Source: Candidatus Margulisiibacteriota bacterium
GTDB lineage: Bacteria > Margulisbacteria > WOR-1 > JAHJIW01
Assembly (NCBI GenBank): GCA_018823125.1
Contig: JAHJIW010000005.1
Span: 142,542 to 206,541 of the forward strand
Length of the DNA stretch: 64,000 nucleotides
Reading direction: 5' to 3'
Below, one piece after another: positions 18,809 through 29,632 of this stretch. The notes beneath the pieces were generated by a model, which saw nothing but the letters and a program-made list of their open reading frames with translations, made no database searches and was not told the origin of the DNA. Position 1 is the first letter of the stretch. Every line of letters begins with the position of its first letter. The translations under genes and the position numbers were made by a program.

Positions 18809-19516
18809 ATGAAAGCTAAAGTCCCTTTTGTTTTTTATACCAGTTCACAGCTCGTTCAAATTACCGGCAAAAAAGCCGCGCACTTAAAAGAATTTGTTGA
18901 AGTCATGAAAGAAGTTGAAGACTCAACTATCTTTTACCACATCCACCACGCTTACCGCGAACACCAGTTTGCCCCCGGCGCTTACTCTAACGATTTTGCC
19001 CACTGGGTCGGCGAAGAACTGGGCGAATCCGCCCTGGCCGAAAAACTGGCTAACTTAAGCATTAAGGATGTCACCAGCTTGTCGGTGCTGCGCAGCAGAA
19101 TTATTGAAATTGTTGAAGAATTTCTTAATAACGCCACCGAAATCCGCCGTGCCGCTCCCCAGCACGAATTTTATTTTTGTAAAAACATCGGATTTATCAG
19201 TAAAACCAAGTATCAGGCCTGGGATTTAGGCGAATTTTGCGAAATGCTTAAAAAAGTGGGGCTGCGTTCACTCTTCTTTCACTTTTTTGAAGCCCGCCTG
19301 CGCTTAAACCGCCGCACCAACGACTTTTCGGACTGGATCAAAGCCGACTTCAATGACGCGGTGCTGGCTAATAAAATTGAAGCGCTGGATCCTTACGTTT
19401 ATACCCTAGATGAATTACGCGATAAAATTATTTCACTGATCAAAGCAAGCCAAGGTTTTCCATGGAAGAAGGCGGTTAAATGGCTCAGTTCAAAATTAAA
19501 GATTACGCAAAAATAA
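18809..19516 (+). CDS. Hypothetical protein embedded in sugar-osmolyte operon
   Basis: 235-aa ORF. Adjoins otsB and overlaps the GT4 gene. No motif I recognise. Confidence 0.5.
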   Translation: MKAKVPFVFYTSSQLVQITGKKAAHLKEFVEVMKEVEDSTIFYHIHHAYREHQFAPGAYSNDFAHWVGEELGESALAEKLANLSIKDVTSLSVLRSRIIEIVEEFLNNATEIRRAAPQHEFYFCKNIGFISKTKYQAWDLGEFCEMLKKVGLRSLFFHFFEARLRLNRRTNDFSDWIKADFNDAVLANKIEALDPYVYTLDELRDKIISLIKASQGFPWKKAVKWLSSKLKITQK

Positions 19517-20709
19517 TTCGTCCGCAAAATTTTGACGAACTGCAGCTCCTGGCCGAAAGGGTCAGGGGCAAAACCCTGAAAATGGTTAATTCTACCGCGG
19601 TGGGCGGCGGCGTGGCCGAAATCTTAAGCCGCTTTATTCCGCTGATTAACGAGTTAGGGGTTATAACCAAATGGGAAGTAATTAAAGGTTCGGGAGCGTT
19701 TTTTGGGGTAACCAAGGCCTTTCACAATGCACTGCACGGATCCAAAGTGGACGTTTACGGCCAGATGTTTGAAATTTTTCGTGAAAATAACGAAGAAAAC
19801 CGGCGCAATATGACTTTTGATGAGGATTTTGTGGTGATTCACGATCCGCAGCCGGCCGGCCTGATTGAATCCAAGAAAAAATCTAAAACAAAATGGGTGT
19901 GGAGATGCCATATCGATCTTTCCAATCCGCAACCCGAGATCTGGAACTTTTTAAAGGGCTACGTTTCTAAATATGACGGTTCGATATTTTCAACTCCCTG
20001 GTTTGCCAAAGAACTGCCCATTCCGCAGTATTTTATTTTTCCGGCCATCGATCCGCTGAGCGAAAAAAATAAGGATTTAACCCCGTCCGAAGTTGATAAA
20101 ATACTCAGAAAATACAATATCGACCGCAGCCGGCCCATTGTTACCCAAATTTCTCGTTTCGATCGCTTAAAAGATCCGGTGGGCGTCATCAAAGCCTACA
20201 AATTAGCTAAAAAGCATACCGACTGCCAGCTGGTTTTAGCCGGCGGATCGGCCTCCGATGATCCGGAAGGGGCAGAAGTACTGGAAGAAGTTAAAAACGA
20301 AGCGGGTAATGATCCGGACATCCATATTTTATCGCTGCCGCCGTTTGCCGATTTAGAAATTAACGCTCTGCAGCGGGCTTCGACCATTGTTATGCAAAAA
20401 TCTCTGAGAGAAGGCTTTGGCTTAACCGTGACCGAGGCGCTCTGGAAAGGTAAACCCGTAATTGCCAGCGCGATTGGCGGAATTACCCTGCAGGTTATCC
20501 ATAATTTTACCGGTCTTTTGGTGCACTCCGTTGAAGGTGCGGCTTATCAAATCCGCTATTTACTCAATAACCCGCAGGTAGCCGAACGGCTGGGTAGATA
20601 CGGCAAAGAACAGGTTCGTGAAAAGTTTTTGATTACCCGCATTCTGCGAAATTATCTCTTATTACTGATTGCACTAGACCATCCTAATGAAAACATCATT
20701 CAACTTTAA
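19480..20709 (+). CDS. GT4 family glycosyltransferase (possibly TreT-like glycosyl-transferring synthase)
   Basis: N-terminus VNSTAVGGGVAEIL. The C-terminus has an EX7E-type GT4 fold (REGFGLTVTEALWKGKPVIAS). Confidence 0.65.
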   Translation: MAQFKIKDYAKIIRPQNFDELQLLAERVRGKTLKMVNSTAVGGGVAEILSRFIPLINELGVITKWEVIKGSGAFFGVTKAFHNALHGSKVDVYGQMFEIFRENNEENRRNMTFDEDFVVIHDPQPAGLIESKKKSKTKWVWRCHIDLSNPQPEIWNFLKGYVSKYDGSIFSTPWFAKELPIPQYFIFPAIDPLSEKNKDLTPSEVDKILRKYNIDRSRPIVTQISRFDRLKDPVGVIKAYKLAKKHTDCQLVLAGGSASDDPEGAEVLEEVKNEAGNDPDIHILSLPPFADLEINALQRASTIVMQKSLREGFGLTVTEALWKGKPVIASAIGGITLQVIHNFTGLLVHSVEGAAYQIRYLLNNPQVAERLGRYGKEQVREKFLITRILRNYLLLLIALDHPNENIIQL

Positions 20710-21217
20710 AAACATCGTCCTGATTGGTTTTATGGGTTCCGGCAAAACCGAAGTCGGTAAACGCTTAGCAGAGAAATTGGGCTGGAACTTTATTGATACA
20801 GACGATATCATAGAAAAGACCGACGGCCGCAAAATCCCGGAAATATTTCAGATCAAGGGTGAAAAATATTTCAGGAAACTCGAGTCGCAAACCATTGAAA
20901 CCCTGCAGACTTATCGTAATTTTGTGATTTCAACCGGCGGCGGCATCGTTTTAAAAAAAGAAAATGCGGCGGGCTTAAAATCGGTAGGGCCCTTGGTGCT
21001 ACTGGCGGTCGATCCCAAAACAGCATTCGAACGCCTGGCCGGAGTTAAAAACCGGCCGTTAATTGACGTGGATGATCCCGAAGAAAAGATTCGGGAAATT
21101 CTGGAGTACCGCACTCCAATTTATAATGCGGTGGCGGATTATGTGATTGATACTAATAATTTAAGTATCGATCAGGTAGTCTACGAAATTTTAGAGGAGT
21201 TAAATTCAAATGGGTAA
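20687..21217 (+). CDS. aroK: Shikimate kinase
   Basis: GFMGSGKTEVG Walker A. 176 aa. Confidence 0.8.
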   Translation: MKTSFNFKNIVLIGFMGSGKTEVGKRLAEKLGWNFIDTDDIIEKTDGRKIPEIFQIKGEKYFRKLESQTIETLQTYRNFVISTGGGIVLKKENAAGLKSVGPLVLLAVDPKTAFERLAGVKNRPLIDVDDPEEKIREILEYRTPIYNAVADYVIDTNNLSIDQVVYEILEELNSNG

Positions 21218-22328
21218 GGTTAAGGTTGAGCTGGGAGACCGCAGTTACGAAATATTCATTGGTTCCGGAATTCTGGAAAACTTTGGAAAATTAGCCAAAG
21301 AAAAGAAATTAGGGCCGCAAATTGTCATCATTACCGATCCTTTAGTATGGGATTTGCACGGCGCACCCCTGCGCAAAGGTTTAAAAGACGAAGGGCTAAA
21401 GTTTAACGTTTTAACCGTTCCCCGCGGCGAGCGCTACAAAAACATCCGCAGTGCGGTTAAATTATATGATTCCTTGGTAAAAATTAAAGCACACCGTGAC
21501 TCAACCATCGTGGCTTTTGGGGGCGGAGTGATCGGCGATTTAGCCGGTTTCGTGGCGGCCACCTACATGCGCGGAGTAACTCTGGTTCAAATTCCAACCA
21601 CGCTTTTGGCACAGGTAGATAGTTCGATAGGGGGAAAGACCGGCGTTAATCATCCTAAAGGCAAAAATCTGATTGGCGTATTTTGTCAGCCGCAGCTGGT
21701 CTATATTGATGTGAAAACCTTAACCACTTTGCCCGAAAGAGAACTGCAAACCGGATTAGCCGAAGTTGTAAAATACGGCGTGATTGCGGATGACGCTTTC
21801 TTTAAGTTTGTTGAAACCAATGTAGCGCATTTGACCACCGCCGCATTTGAAACCGATGAAAAAATGCGGGCGGCCATGAAAGTCTGGGAGCGGATCGTTG
21901 AAGAATCCTGCAAAATTAAAGCGCGGGTGGTATCGAAGGACGAGCGCGAATCCGGCCTTAGAATGATCCTGAATTTTGGACACACCATTGGCCACTCAAT
22001 TGAAACCGTAACTAAATATGCTAAGTATAATCACGGGGAGGCGGTTGCGGTGGGAATGGTGGCGGCCATTAAGCTTTCTAATACGATGGGCATTACCGAC
22101 GCTAAGCAGGTAGAACGATTAGAGAGTCTTTTACAAAAGCTTAATCTGCCGACGTCGGTCGATAAATTATCTTCGCGCAAAATATTTAATAATTTGCTTT
22201 TAGATAAAAAAGTTAAAGGCGAAAAACTGCATTTTGTTTTACCGGATAAAATCGGCAAAGTAGTAATCAAAACCGATATTCCGGATGCCAAAATAAAAAA
22301 GGTGCTCAAGACGATTGGCTGCAGATAA
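21210..22328 (+). CDS. aroB: 3-dehydroquinate synthase
   Basis: Glycine-rich NAD site [11 protein letters not shown], metal-binding HxxGH region. Confidence 0.85.
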   Translation: MGKVKVELGDRSYEIFIGSGILENFGKLAKEKKLGPQIVIITDPLVWDLHGAPLRKGLKDEGLKFNVLTVPRGERYKNIRSAVKLYDSLVKIKAHRDSTIVAFGGGVIGDLAGFVAATYMRGVTLVQIPTTLLAQVDSSIGGKTGVNHPKGKNLIGVFCQPQLVYIDVKTLTTLPERELQTGLAEVVKYGVIADDAFFKFVETNVAHLTTAAFETDEKMRAAMKVWERIVEESCKIKARVVSKDERESGLRMILNFGHTIGHSIETVTKYAKYNHGEAVAVGMVAAIKLSNTMGITDAKQVERLESLLQKLNLPTSVDKLSSRKIFNNLLLDKKVKGEKLHFVLPDKIGKVVIKTDIPDAKIKKVLKTIGCR

Positions 22329-23547
22329 AGGGGTAAACATGGACCCAAGAAAACAACTAACCATCATCAAGGCCGGCTGTGTCGAGTTAATTCCCGAAGA
22401 CGAATTGCTTAAAAAACTCTCCAAAGGAAAACCCTTAAAGATAAAGTTTGGCGCTGACCCTTCGGCACCCGATTTACATCTCGGGCATACCGTAATCCTG
22501 CAAAAACTGCGTACTTTTCAGGAACTGGGCCACGAAGTTATCTTTATTATCGGTGATTTTACCGCCATGATCGGCGATCCTTCCGGAAAATCCGAAACCC
22601 GTCCGCAATTATCAGAGAAGGAAGTTAAACAAAACGCCGAAACTTACAAAAAGCAGGTCTTTAAGATCCTTAATCCTAAAAAAACCAAGATCGTATACAA
22701 CTCAAAATGGCTCAAGGATATCAAATTAGCTGATATCATCCATTTAGCTTCACAATATACCGTGGCCCGCATGCTCGAGCGCGATGATTTTATGAACCGC
22801 TACGAAAAAGAGCGGCCCATCTCCATTCACGAGTTTTTATATCCGTTAATTCAGGGTTACGATTCGGTGGTCGTTAAATCGGATATTGAAATTGGCGGAA
22901 CCGATCAAAAGTTTAACTTATTAGTAGGGCGCGAACTGCAGCGGCAATATAAAGAAGAGCCGCAGGTTATCCTGACCATGCCGATCCTCGAAGGTTTAGA
23001 TGGCCAGAAAAAGATGAGTAAGTCTTTGAATAATTATATCGGCATAACGGAGCCGTCGCTCGAGATCTTCGGTAAAATCATGTCTATTTCGGACGAACTA
23101 ATGCTGCGTTATTATGATCTGGTATCGGGATTAACACCGCAGCGCATTAAAGAAATTAAAGAGCTCATCCGCAGTGAAAAATTACATCCTAAAAAAGCCA
23201 AGTCTGAGTTAGCGCAAATATTAGTGGAACGTTTTTATTCCGCCAAAGAAGCCAGGGTAGCGGCGGCGGAGTTTGAATCCATCTTTAAAGAAGGCAATGT
23301 TCCTCAGGATATCGAGCTTGTTAAAATCCCTAAACATGAATTAAAGCATAATAAAATCTGGCTTCCCAAGTTGATGCTGCTTTGCGGGCTGTCTGACAGT
23401 ACGTCCAACGCGCGCCGGGTCATTAAACAAGGCGGCGTAAAAGTAAATAATAATAAAATTACCGAAGAAAAAGCCGAAATTGATGTATCTAGCGAAACAT
23501 TGATTCAGGCCGGCAAGCGAGGTTTTAAAAAAGTTATATGCGCATAG
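22315..23547 (+). CDS. tyrS: Tyrosyl-tRNA synthetase
   Basis: HIGH-type motif (PDLHLGHTV), KMSKS, C-terminal S4 domain. Confidence 0.9.
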   Translation: MAADKGVNMDPRKQLTIIKAGCVELIPEDELLKKLSKGKPLKIKFGADPSAPDLHLGHTVILQKLRTFQELGHEVIFIIGDFTAMIGDPSGKSETRPQLSEKEVKQNAETYKKQVFKILNPKKTKIVYNSKWLKDIKLADIIHLASQYTVARMLERDDFMNRYEKERPISIHEFLYPLIQGYDSVVVKSDIEIGGTDQKFNLLVGRELQRQYKEEPQVILTMPILEGLDGQKKMSKSLNNYIGITEPSLEIFGKIMSISDELMLRYYDLVSGLTPQRIKEIKELIRSEKLHPKKAKSELAQILVERFYSAKEARVAAAEFESIFKEGNVPQDIELVKIPKHELKHNKIWLPKLMLLCGLSDSTSNARRVIKQGGVKVNNNKITEEKAEIDVSSETLIQAGKRGFKKVICA

Positions 23548-24017
23548 GCTTTGGTTACGATTGTCATGCACTGGTTAAGGGCCGCAAACTGATCTTAGGC
23601 GGGGTCGAAATTCCTCATTCCAGCGGTCTTTCCGGACATTCCGATGCCGATGTTTTAACCCACGCGATTATCGATGCCATTATCGGGGCGTTAGGGGAAG
23701 GGGATATCGGAAAACATTTTCCGGATACCGATCCGGCCTATAAAGATATCTCCAGTTTAAAGCTTCTGGAAGAAATTAAAAAGTTATTAAATAAAGATCA
23801 GTATTCAATCCACAATATTGATACCACGGTAGTATTACAAGAACCTAAATTAGCGCCGTTTGTTGACCAAATACGCTTGAATCTAGCTAAAACCCTGGGG
23901 ATTCCTGCCAATCAAATCAATATCAAAGCCAAAACCGAGGAAAAGCTGGGTTTTACCGGCAATAAACAAGGTGTCAAAGCATATGCCGTATGTTTACTTC
24001 ATCAAGTCATTAAGTAA
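23538..24017 (+). CDS. ispF: 2-C-methyl-D-erythritol 2,4-cyclodiphosphate synthase
   Basis: [12 protein letters not shown]..., HSDADV. Confidence 0.9.
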   Translation: MRIGFGYDCHALVKGRKLILGGVEIPHSSGLSGHSDADVLTHAIIDAIIGALGEGDIGKHFPDTDPAYKDISSLKLLEEIKKLLNKDQYSIHNIDTTVVLQEPKLAPFVDQIRLNLAKTLGIPANQINIKAKTEEKLGFTGNKQGVKAYAVCLLHQVIK

Positions 24018-24043
24018 CCATTCTGGTTTTAAAGGAAATTTAA

Positions 24044-25465
24044 ATGTCAAAAGTAAGAGTTAGATTTGCGCCAAGTCCCACCGGCAATTTGCACTTAGGC
24101 AGTGCCCGCACCGCGCTTTTTAATTATCTTTTTGTTAAATCGGTAGATGGAGTAAATATTTTAAGAGTAGAAGATACCGATTTTGACCGATCGGCTGAGG
24201 TTTACGTAGAAAATATCTTAGAAGGATTGAAATGGCTGGGGATTAATTATGATGAAGGACCCTTTTATCAATCCCAGCGTCTCGAAATCTATAAAAAGTA
24301 TGCCGATAAAATCCTCAAAGAAGGCCACGTCTATAAATGTTACTGCACCAGCGAAGAGCTGGAAGAACGCCGTAAAGTGGCGCTTTCTTTAGGAAAGCCG
24401 CCGCGCTACGACGGCCGCTGTAAAAAATTAACCCCCGAACAAATGAAAAAGTTTGAAGCCGAAGGCCGGACCGCAACGATAAGATTTGAAGTAGGGGACC
24501 GGGTGATAAAATTTAATGATCTGGTCAGGGGCGAGGTTAAGTTTGATTGCTCATTAATTGGCGATTTTGTAATCATCAAGTCAAACGGCACCCCGGCTTA
24601 CAACTTTGCCGCAGTCATTGATGATGCCTTAATGAAAATCACTCACGTGGTTCGCGGAGAAGATCACATTTCAAATACTCCTAAACAAATTCTCTTGTAC
24701 GAAGCTTTAGGTTTTACTCCTCCGCAGTTTGCTCATATTTCGATGATCTTAGGGCCGGACCGTACCAAGTTATCCAAAAGACACGGGGCCAAATCAGTGT
24801 CTGAGTTTATGGAAGAAGGTTATTTAAAAGAGGCCTTACTTAATTTTTTAATGCTGCTTTCCTGGTCGCCCAAACACGATCAAGAAATATTATCTCTGGA
24901 TAAAGCCGTAAAATTATTCAAATTAGAAGATCTTTCCAAAAGCCCCTCGGTTTTTGATATCGAAAAACTGCAATGGATGAATGGCATCTATATCCGGCAT
25001 TTACCGGTCAAAGATCTGACCGAAAGATGTATCCCGTTTATGAAACAAGCCCAGTACGACGTTAATAAATATGCGGGCAGACAGCTGGAAGAAATTGTTG
25101 ATTCGGTTAAAGACAACCTGATCGTATTGTCAGATATCGCAAAATACGTCGATTTTTATTTTAAAGACGAACCCGATTATCAGGATGTAAAGGACGCACT
25201 GTATAAGCCCGAATCAATAAAGGTGTTAGAGCTTTTCCCTAATAAAATCGAGCGTTTATCCGAATTTTCGCATGAATCGATCAATGCCAGTTTAGCTGAA
25301 ATCGCCAAAGAATTAGGTTTGAAAAAAGGGCAGGTTTTAAAACCGGTGCGCATTGCCTTAACCGGTAAAACTGCCGGTCCCGAACTATGGCGGGTTATCC
25401 GGATTTACGGCGCCGAAAAGTGTAAAAAGTATATCGAACACGCCTTAAAATCCAGAAAGATGTAA
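24044..25465 (+). CDS. gltX: Glutamyl-tRNA synthetase
   Basis: PTGNLHLGSART (HIGH), KLSKR (KMSKS). Confidence 0.9.
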   Translation: MSKVRVRFAPSPTGNLHLGSARTALFNYLFVKSVDGVNILRVEDTDFDRSAEVYVENILEGLKWLGINYDEGPFYQSQRLEIYKKYADKILKEGHVYKCYCTSEELEERRKVALSLGKPPRYDGRCKKLTPEQMKKFEAEGRTATIRFEVGDRVIKFNDLVRGEVKFDCSLIGDFVIIKSNGTPAYNFAAVIDDALMKITHVVRGEDHISNTPKQILLYEALGFTPPQFAHISMILGPDRTKLSKRHGAKSVSEFMEEGYLKEALLNFLMLLSWSPKHDQEILSLDKAVKLFKLEDLSKSPSVFDIEKLQWMNGIYIRHLPVKDLTERCIPFMKQAQYDVNKYAGRQLEEIVDSVKDNLIVLSDIAKYVDFYFKDEPDYQDVKDALYKPESIKVLELFPNKIERLSEFSHESINASLAEIAKELGLKKGQVLKPVRIALTGKTAGPELWRVIRIYGAEKCKKYIEHALKSRKM

Positions 25466-25469
25466 TTTA

Positions 25470-26180
25470 ATGGAAAAAGTTCGCTTAGGAGTAAATGTTG
25501 ATCATATTGCAACCCTCCGGGAAGCCCGCAAAGAGGGGATTCCCGATTTAATGGCTGCGGCTAAAGAGGCTTTATCAGGCGGAGCCGATGGAATTGTCTG
25601 CCATTTGAGAGAAGACCGACGCCATATTCAGGATGCGGATGTTTATGCTCTGCGCAAATTAGCCAAAAGATTAGATTTTGAGATGGCCGCCACTGACGAA
25701 ATGGTAGAAATTGCCACTAATATTAAACCCGAGATGGTAACCATTGTTCCCGAAAAAAGAGAAGAGTTAACCACCGAGGGCGGTCTGGATGTAGTTACCA
25801 TATTTGAAGACCTTAAACCCAAAGTGGCTAAGTTAAACGCGGCCGGAATCTTAGTTAGCTTATTTATCGAACCGGACCCGGTGGTCATCCGTAAATCCAA
25901 GGAAACCGGAGCTGCTTATATTGAAATCCATACCGGACGCTACGCAATTGCGAAAGATCCCAAACCCGTATTAGATAAAATCATCAAAGCCTGTAATTTA
26001 GCCGAAGAATTGGGACTAAGGGTCAACGCCGGCCACGGCTTGGACTATCAAAATACGCGTGCCATCGCTGAAATTCCCCAGGTTGAGGAATTGAATATCG
26101 GATTTAGTATTATTGCGCGCTCGGTTTTTGTAGGAATTAAACAGGCGGTCAAAGAAATGGTCGACCTGCTGAATGCATAG
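25470..26180 (+). CDS. pdxJ: Pyridoxine 5'-phosphate synthase
   Basis: N-terminus LGVNVDHIATLREAR. 236 aa. Confidence 0.9.
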   Translation: MEKVRLGVNVDHIATLREARKEGIPDLMAAAKEALSGGADGIVCHLREDRRHIQDADVYALRKLAKRLDFEMAATDEMVEIATNIKPEMVTIVPEKREELTTEGGLDVVTIFEDLKPKVAKLNAAGILVSLFIEPDPVVIRKSKETGAAYIEIHTGRYAIAKDPKPVLDKIIKACNLAEELGLRVNAGHGLDYQNTRAIAEIPQVEELNIGFSIIARSVFVGIKQAVKEMVDLLNA

Positions 26181-26227
26181 TATATAATATAATGTATAAG
26201 CCCGCCTAAGGCGGACAGGGAGTTAGT

Positions 26228-26656
26228 ATGAAAATTGCCATTGGATCGGATCACGGCGGATACGAATTAAAAGAATATCTAAAGAAATACTTAGCAAGAA
26301 AAAGACATCAAACCACCGACTTTGGTACTTTTAATCATGATTCAGTTGATTATCCGGATATTGCCAAGCCGGTAGGCAGGTCGGTAGCTAAAAAAGATTA
26401 TCACTTTGGTATTCTTATTTGTGGTACCGGCATTGGGATTTGCATTGCGGCTAACAAAGTTCCTGGAATCCGCGCTGCAGTTTGTCACAATGTTTACACT
26501 TCTCAAATGGCCCGCGAACATAACGATGCGAATGTCTTGTGTTTAGGCGGACGCGTCGTAACTAAAAAAATGGCCTTGAATATTCTAAAAATATTTTTAA
26601 AAACTAAATTTGCCGGCGGACGGCACTTACGCAGAGTCAGAAAAATCGGGAGGTAG
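26228..26656 (+). CDS. rpiB: Ribose-5-phosphate isomerase B
   Basis: MKIAIGSDHGGYELKE. 142 aa. Confidence 0.85.
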   Translation: MKIAIGSDHGGYELKEYLKKYLARKRHQTTDFGTFNHDSVDYPDIAKPVGRSVAKKDYHFGILICGTGIGICIAANKVPGIRAAVCHNVYTSQMAREHNDANVLCLGGRVVTKKMALNILKIFLKTKFAGGRHLRRVRKIGR

Positions 26657-26661
26657 GGGCT

Positions 26662-27762
26662 TTGAAAGCATTCATTATGGCGGCAGGCTACGGGACTCGT
26701 CTGGAGCCGTTAACCATTGCGGTTCCAAAGCCGCTCGTTCCCATCGTCAATAAGCCTTCGATGCTGCACAATATCGAGCTCCTGCATTTTTACGGATTTC
26801 GCGAAATCACCGCTAATATCCACTATCATCCCGAACAAATTCAAAACTATTTCGGCGACGGAAACGAATTTGGCGTGCAGCTGAGGTATTCGTACGAAGA
26901 AGAGCTAATGGGGACCGCGGGCGGGGTGTGGAGGATGGGAAAAGTAATTAATGACGTGCAGGATACCTTTGTGGTCATGAGTTCGGACGCGATCACGGAT
27001 ATCAATTTGTCAAAAATTGTGGATTTTCACAAAAAGAAAAAAGCGCTGGTAACCATCGGCCTGGCGCCGGTTGAAGACCCCAGTGAATTTGGCGTGGTAA
27101 TTACCGATGCTGATAGTAAAATCAGCGCTTTTCAGGAAAAACCTAAAAAAGGCAAAGCTTTATCCAACATGGTCAATGCCGGTATCTACGTTATGGAGCC
27201 GGAAGTGCTGGATATGATTCCGGCTAATACTTTTTATGATTTTGGAAAGCAGCTCTTCCCAAAACTGGCGGAAGGCAAGGATGAAATTTATGGTTATAAA
27301 ATGACCGAGTACTGGAGTGACGTTGGTAATTTAAGCCAATATCGCACGGCCAATACCGATGCGATGACCGATAAAGTAAAGCTCAGGATTCCGGGCAAAA
27401 GGTCAGCAAAAAATATGTGGTTATCCAGGGGAAGTAAGGTTTTGGATAAGGCGGGGATCAGCGGAGCGGCGGTTGTCGGGGTAAGCAGCCATATTGGTAA
27501 AAACGTAAAAATTACCGGCCATACGGTTATCGGCGGTTTGTGTATTATTGAGGACGGGGCCGAACTGCATAATACCATTGTCTGGCCCAACGTATATATC
27601 GGAAAGAATACCAGAGTTGAAGACAGCATTATCGGGGCCTGGTGCCATCTGGATAGTAATGTTACCGTAGGCAAAGGAACGGTTATTTCTAATCGTTGCC
27701 GCGTCAGAAACAATACTAATATTCCTGCGGGTACCAAAATTTCTCCGGATGCGATTGTGTGA
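26662..27762 (+). CDS. Sugar-1-phosphate nucleotidyltransferase with C-terminal left-handed beta-helix
   Basis: MAAGYGTRLEPLT (GxGxRL). C-terminal hexapeptide repeats. TTG start in the track; alternative ATG at 26677. Confidence 0.7.
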   Translation: MKAFIMAAGYGTRLEPLTIAVPKPLVPIVNKPSMLHNIELLHFYGFREITANIHYHPEQIQNYFGDGNEFGVQLRYSYEEELMGTAGGVWRMGKVINDVQDTFVVMSSDAITDINLSKIVDFHKKKKALVTIGLAPVEDPSEFGVVITDADSKISAFQEKPKKGKALSNMVNAGIYVMEPEVLDMIPANTFYDFGKQLFPKLAEGKDEIYGYKMTEYWSDVGNLSQYRTANTDAMTDKVKLRIPGKRSAKNMWLSRGSKVLDKAGISGAAVVGVSSHIGKNVKITGHTVIGGLCIIEDGAELHNTIVWPNVYIGKNTRVEDSIIGAWCHLDSNVTVGKGTVISNRCRVRNNTNIPAGTKISPDAIV

Positions 27763-27765
27763 TTT

Positions 27766-28929
27766 ATGAAAATTGCTTTTGATGCCCGGTGGATTCATTC
27801 ATCAAATTTAGACGGGTTGGGGGGCTATGCCCTTAACCTGCTGATCCACCTGCTTAAAAATGATCCGCAAAACCGGTATTTAATCTTATTCGACCGTGAA
27901 GACCGCCGCCGGTTTATTATTCGTGAACTTACTAAAGCCGCCGTTCCCAAAGAGCGTTTCTCTGAACTAACAACTTTTTCCGAAACGTCAGCCTTAAAAA
28001 ACACATTTTGGCTGCCGCGGATTTTAGGCCACCATCAGGTGGACGTGGCTTTTGCTCCCAATTATATTTTTCCGCCGTTTTTTAAGAGATATAAAACGGT
28101 GGTGATGGTTCCGGATTTAATCCCGTTTTATTATCCGCGGTATTTAAAACGGGCCTGTTATTTTATGAAATTTATCCACCGCTTCCGGGCCGTCGTGCAA
28201 ATGATATTTAAACGCAGTGATTTAATCATTGCGTTATCCAAAGGAATTCAAAAAGATATCGAAACCCACTTTAAAATTGATCCGGCTAAAATTAAACTGG
28301 TTTATCCGGGCATCGAAGATATTTATTTTCAGCCGATACCGAACGATGAAATTGCCATGGTCAAAAAGATTTATAGCCTTCCCGATAATTATATTTTATA
28401 CTTCGGCCGCCACGAAAAAGAAAAAAATATTGACGCCTTAATTAATGCGTATGCCCGGCTGCCCGAAGACTGGCGTAGTAAAATAAAACTTTTTATTGGC
28501 GGATTGCATTCAAATTTAACTTCACAGGAATTGGATAATTTAGTCAGTAAATTAGGCATTAAAGACAATGTTATTTTTCCTGGATATATAGCCAAAAATC
28601 ATCGACCCACTATTATTAAAATGGCTAAGGCGATGGTCTTTCCTTCAAGCTACGAAGGCTTCCCATTAGTCGTATTTGAAGCGATGGCGGCTAAGGTGCC
28701 AGTAGTTGCCTCCGAACGCTTTAAAAGTGAATGCGGCGAGGCTATCTGCGCGGTAGAATCAACCAATAACCGCCAAATTGCGGATGAATTGAAAAAGTTG
28801 TTGTCCGACTTCACCTTTTATTCAAAAATGCAAAAAACGGGCCAGGAATTAGCTGGCCAATTCCGCTGGGACGCTGCGGCCAAAAAAGTGCTGAAATTGC
28901 TAAATTCGCTGGGACCCCAAAATTTGTGA
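27766..28929 (+). CDS. GT4 family glycosyltransferase
   Basis: EGFPLVVFEAMAAKVPVVAS (EX7E motif). Confidence 0.7.
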   Translation: MKIAFDARWIHSSNLDGLGGYALNLLIHLLKNDPQNRYLILFDREDRRRFIIRELTKAAVPKERFSELTTFSETSALKNTFWLPRILGHHQVDVAFAPNYIFPPFFKRYKTVVMVPDLIPFYYPRYLKRACYFMKFIHRFRAVVQMIFKRSDLIIALSKGIQKDIETHFKIDPAKIKLVYPGIEDIYFQPIPNDEIAMVKKIYSLPDNYILYFGRHEKEKNIDALINAYARLPEDWRSKIKLFIGGLHSNLTSQELDNLVSKLGIKDNVIFPGYIAKNHRPTIIKMAKAMVFPSSYEGFPLVVFEAMAAKVPVVASERFKSECGEAICAVESTNNRQIADELKKLLSDFTFYSKMQKTGQELAGQFRWDAAAKKVLKLLNSLGPQNL

Positions 28930-28957
28930 TCGCCCCAAAAAAAATTGCGGTTTTCAT

Positions 28958-28985
28958 GCAAGTTTCATGCAAGTTAGCCCGATAG
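28958..28985 (+). promoter_or_regulatory. Sigma-28 (FliA/SigD)-class promoter-like motif, copy A: GCAAGTTT-N12-CCCGATAG, with partial tandem duplication of the -35 element
   Basis: ttttcatGCAAGTTTcatgcaagttagCCCGATAGg, 68 nt upstream of the ATG at 29054. Matches TAAAGTTT-N11/12-GCCGATAA. Confidence 0.55.
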
Positions 28986-29053
28986 GACAAGTGGAAGCAA
29001 TGTATAGTATAAAAATAACAATTTATCCTTTAAGATAAAAAAGGAGAGTTTAT

Positions 29054-29398
29054 ATGGGATTCAATGTTTTTGGTGCGAATGTAGGCGGAGCTTTGAACAG
29101 AGCAACCTATAGTGTCGGGGGCAAGGCAAAGGAATACGGAAAGCTGGCACAAAGTGTTGGTCGAGGGTTTAACCTTTTAGGATATGCGTTACACGGGGAG
29201 TTTAAAAAATCAACCGATGGTCTTGCTAATCGTGCCGGGGTTGATGAACAAGAGCAAGATAGACTCACAGGTGGAACTGATACTGATTTAAATGGTGAAG
29301 CAGAAGTGACGGCTACCGGAAACGAACAAATTGTTGCCCCGGTAAATTTCTCAGATCCAAACAGTTCAGCCGGCGGCACCATAGACATTACTGGATAA
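29054..29398 (+). CDS. Hypothetical Gly-rich protein (114 aa)
   Basis: SD AAAAGGAG. MGFNVFGANVGGALNRATYSVGG... with an acidic C-terminus. First gene after promoter A. Confidence 0.5.
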   Translation: MGFNVFGANVGGALNRATYSVGGKAKEYGKLAQSVGRGFNLLGYALHGEFKKSTDGLANRAGVDEQEQDRLTGGTDTDLNGEAEVTATGNEQIVAPVNFSDPNSSAGGTIDITG

Positions 29399-29408
29399 GG
29401 AGTAATCA

Positions 29409-29630
29409 ATGCCATTTCAAATTGATTGGGTTACGATTGCAATTGTACTTTTTGTGATTTTAGTTTTGTACCATGGTACAAAAATCATCTCTTCATACTT
29501 AAAATTAAGAAACACCAAAAAGAAGCTTAAAGAATTAGATGCCCAGCTTAAAGGCATCAATGCTCAAATTGAAACTCATAAAAATAAAATTCAAGCTGAA
29601 ATTAATCAGCGGCAAAATAAACAGGAATAA
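29409..29630 (+). CDS. Small TM plus coiled-coil protein (73 aa)
   Basis: One N-terminal TM (WVTIAIVLFVILVLY) followed by a K/Q-rich helix. SD GGATAAGGAG. Confidence 0.5.
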   Translation: MPFQIDWVTIAIVLFVILVLYHGTKIISSYLKLRNTKKKLKELDAQLKGINAQIETHKNKIQAEINQRQNKQE

Positions 29631-29632
29631 AT

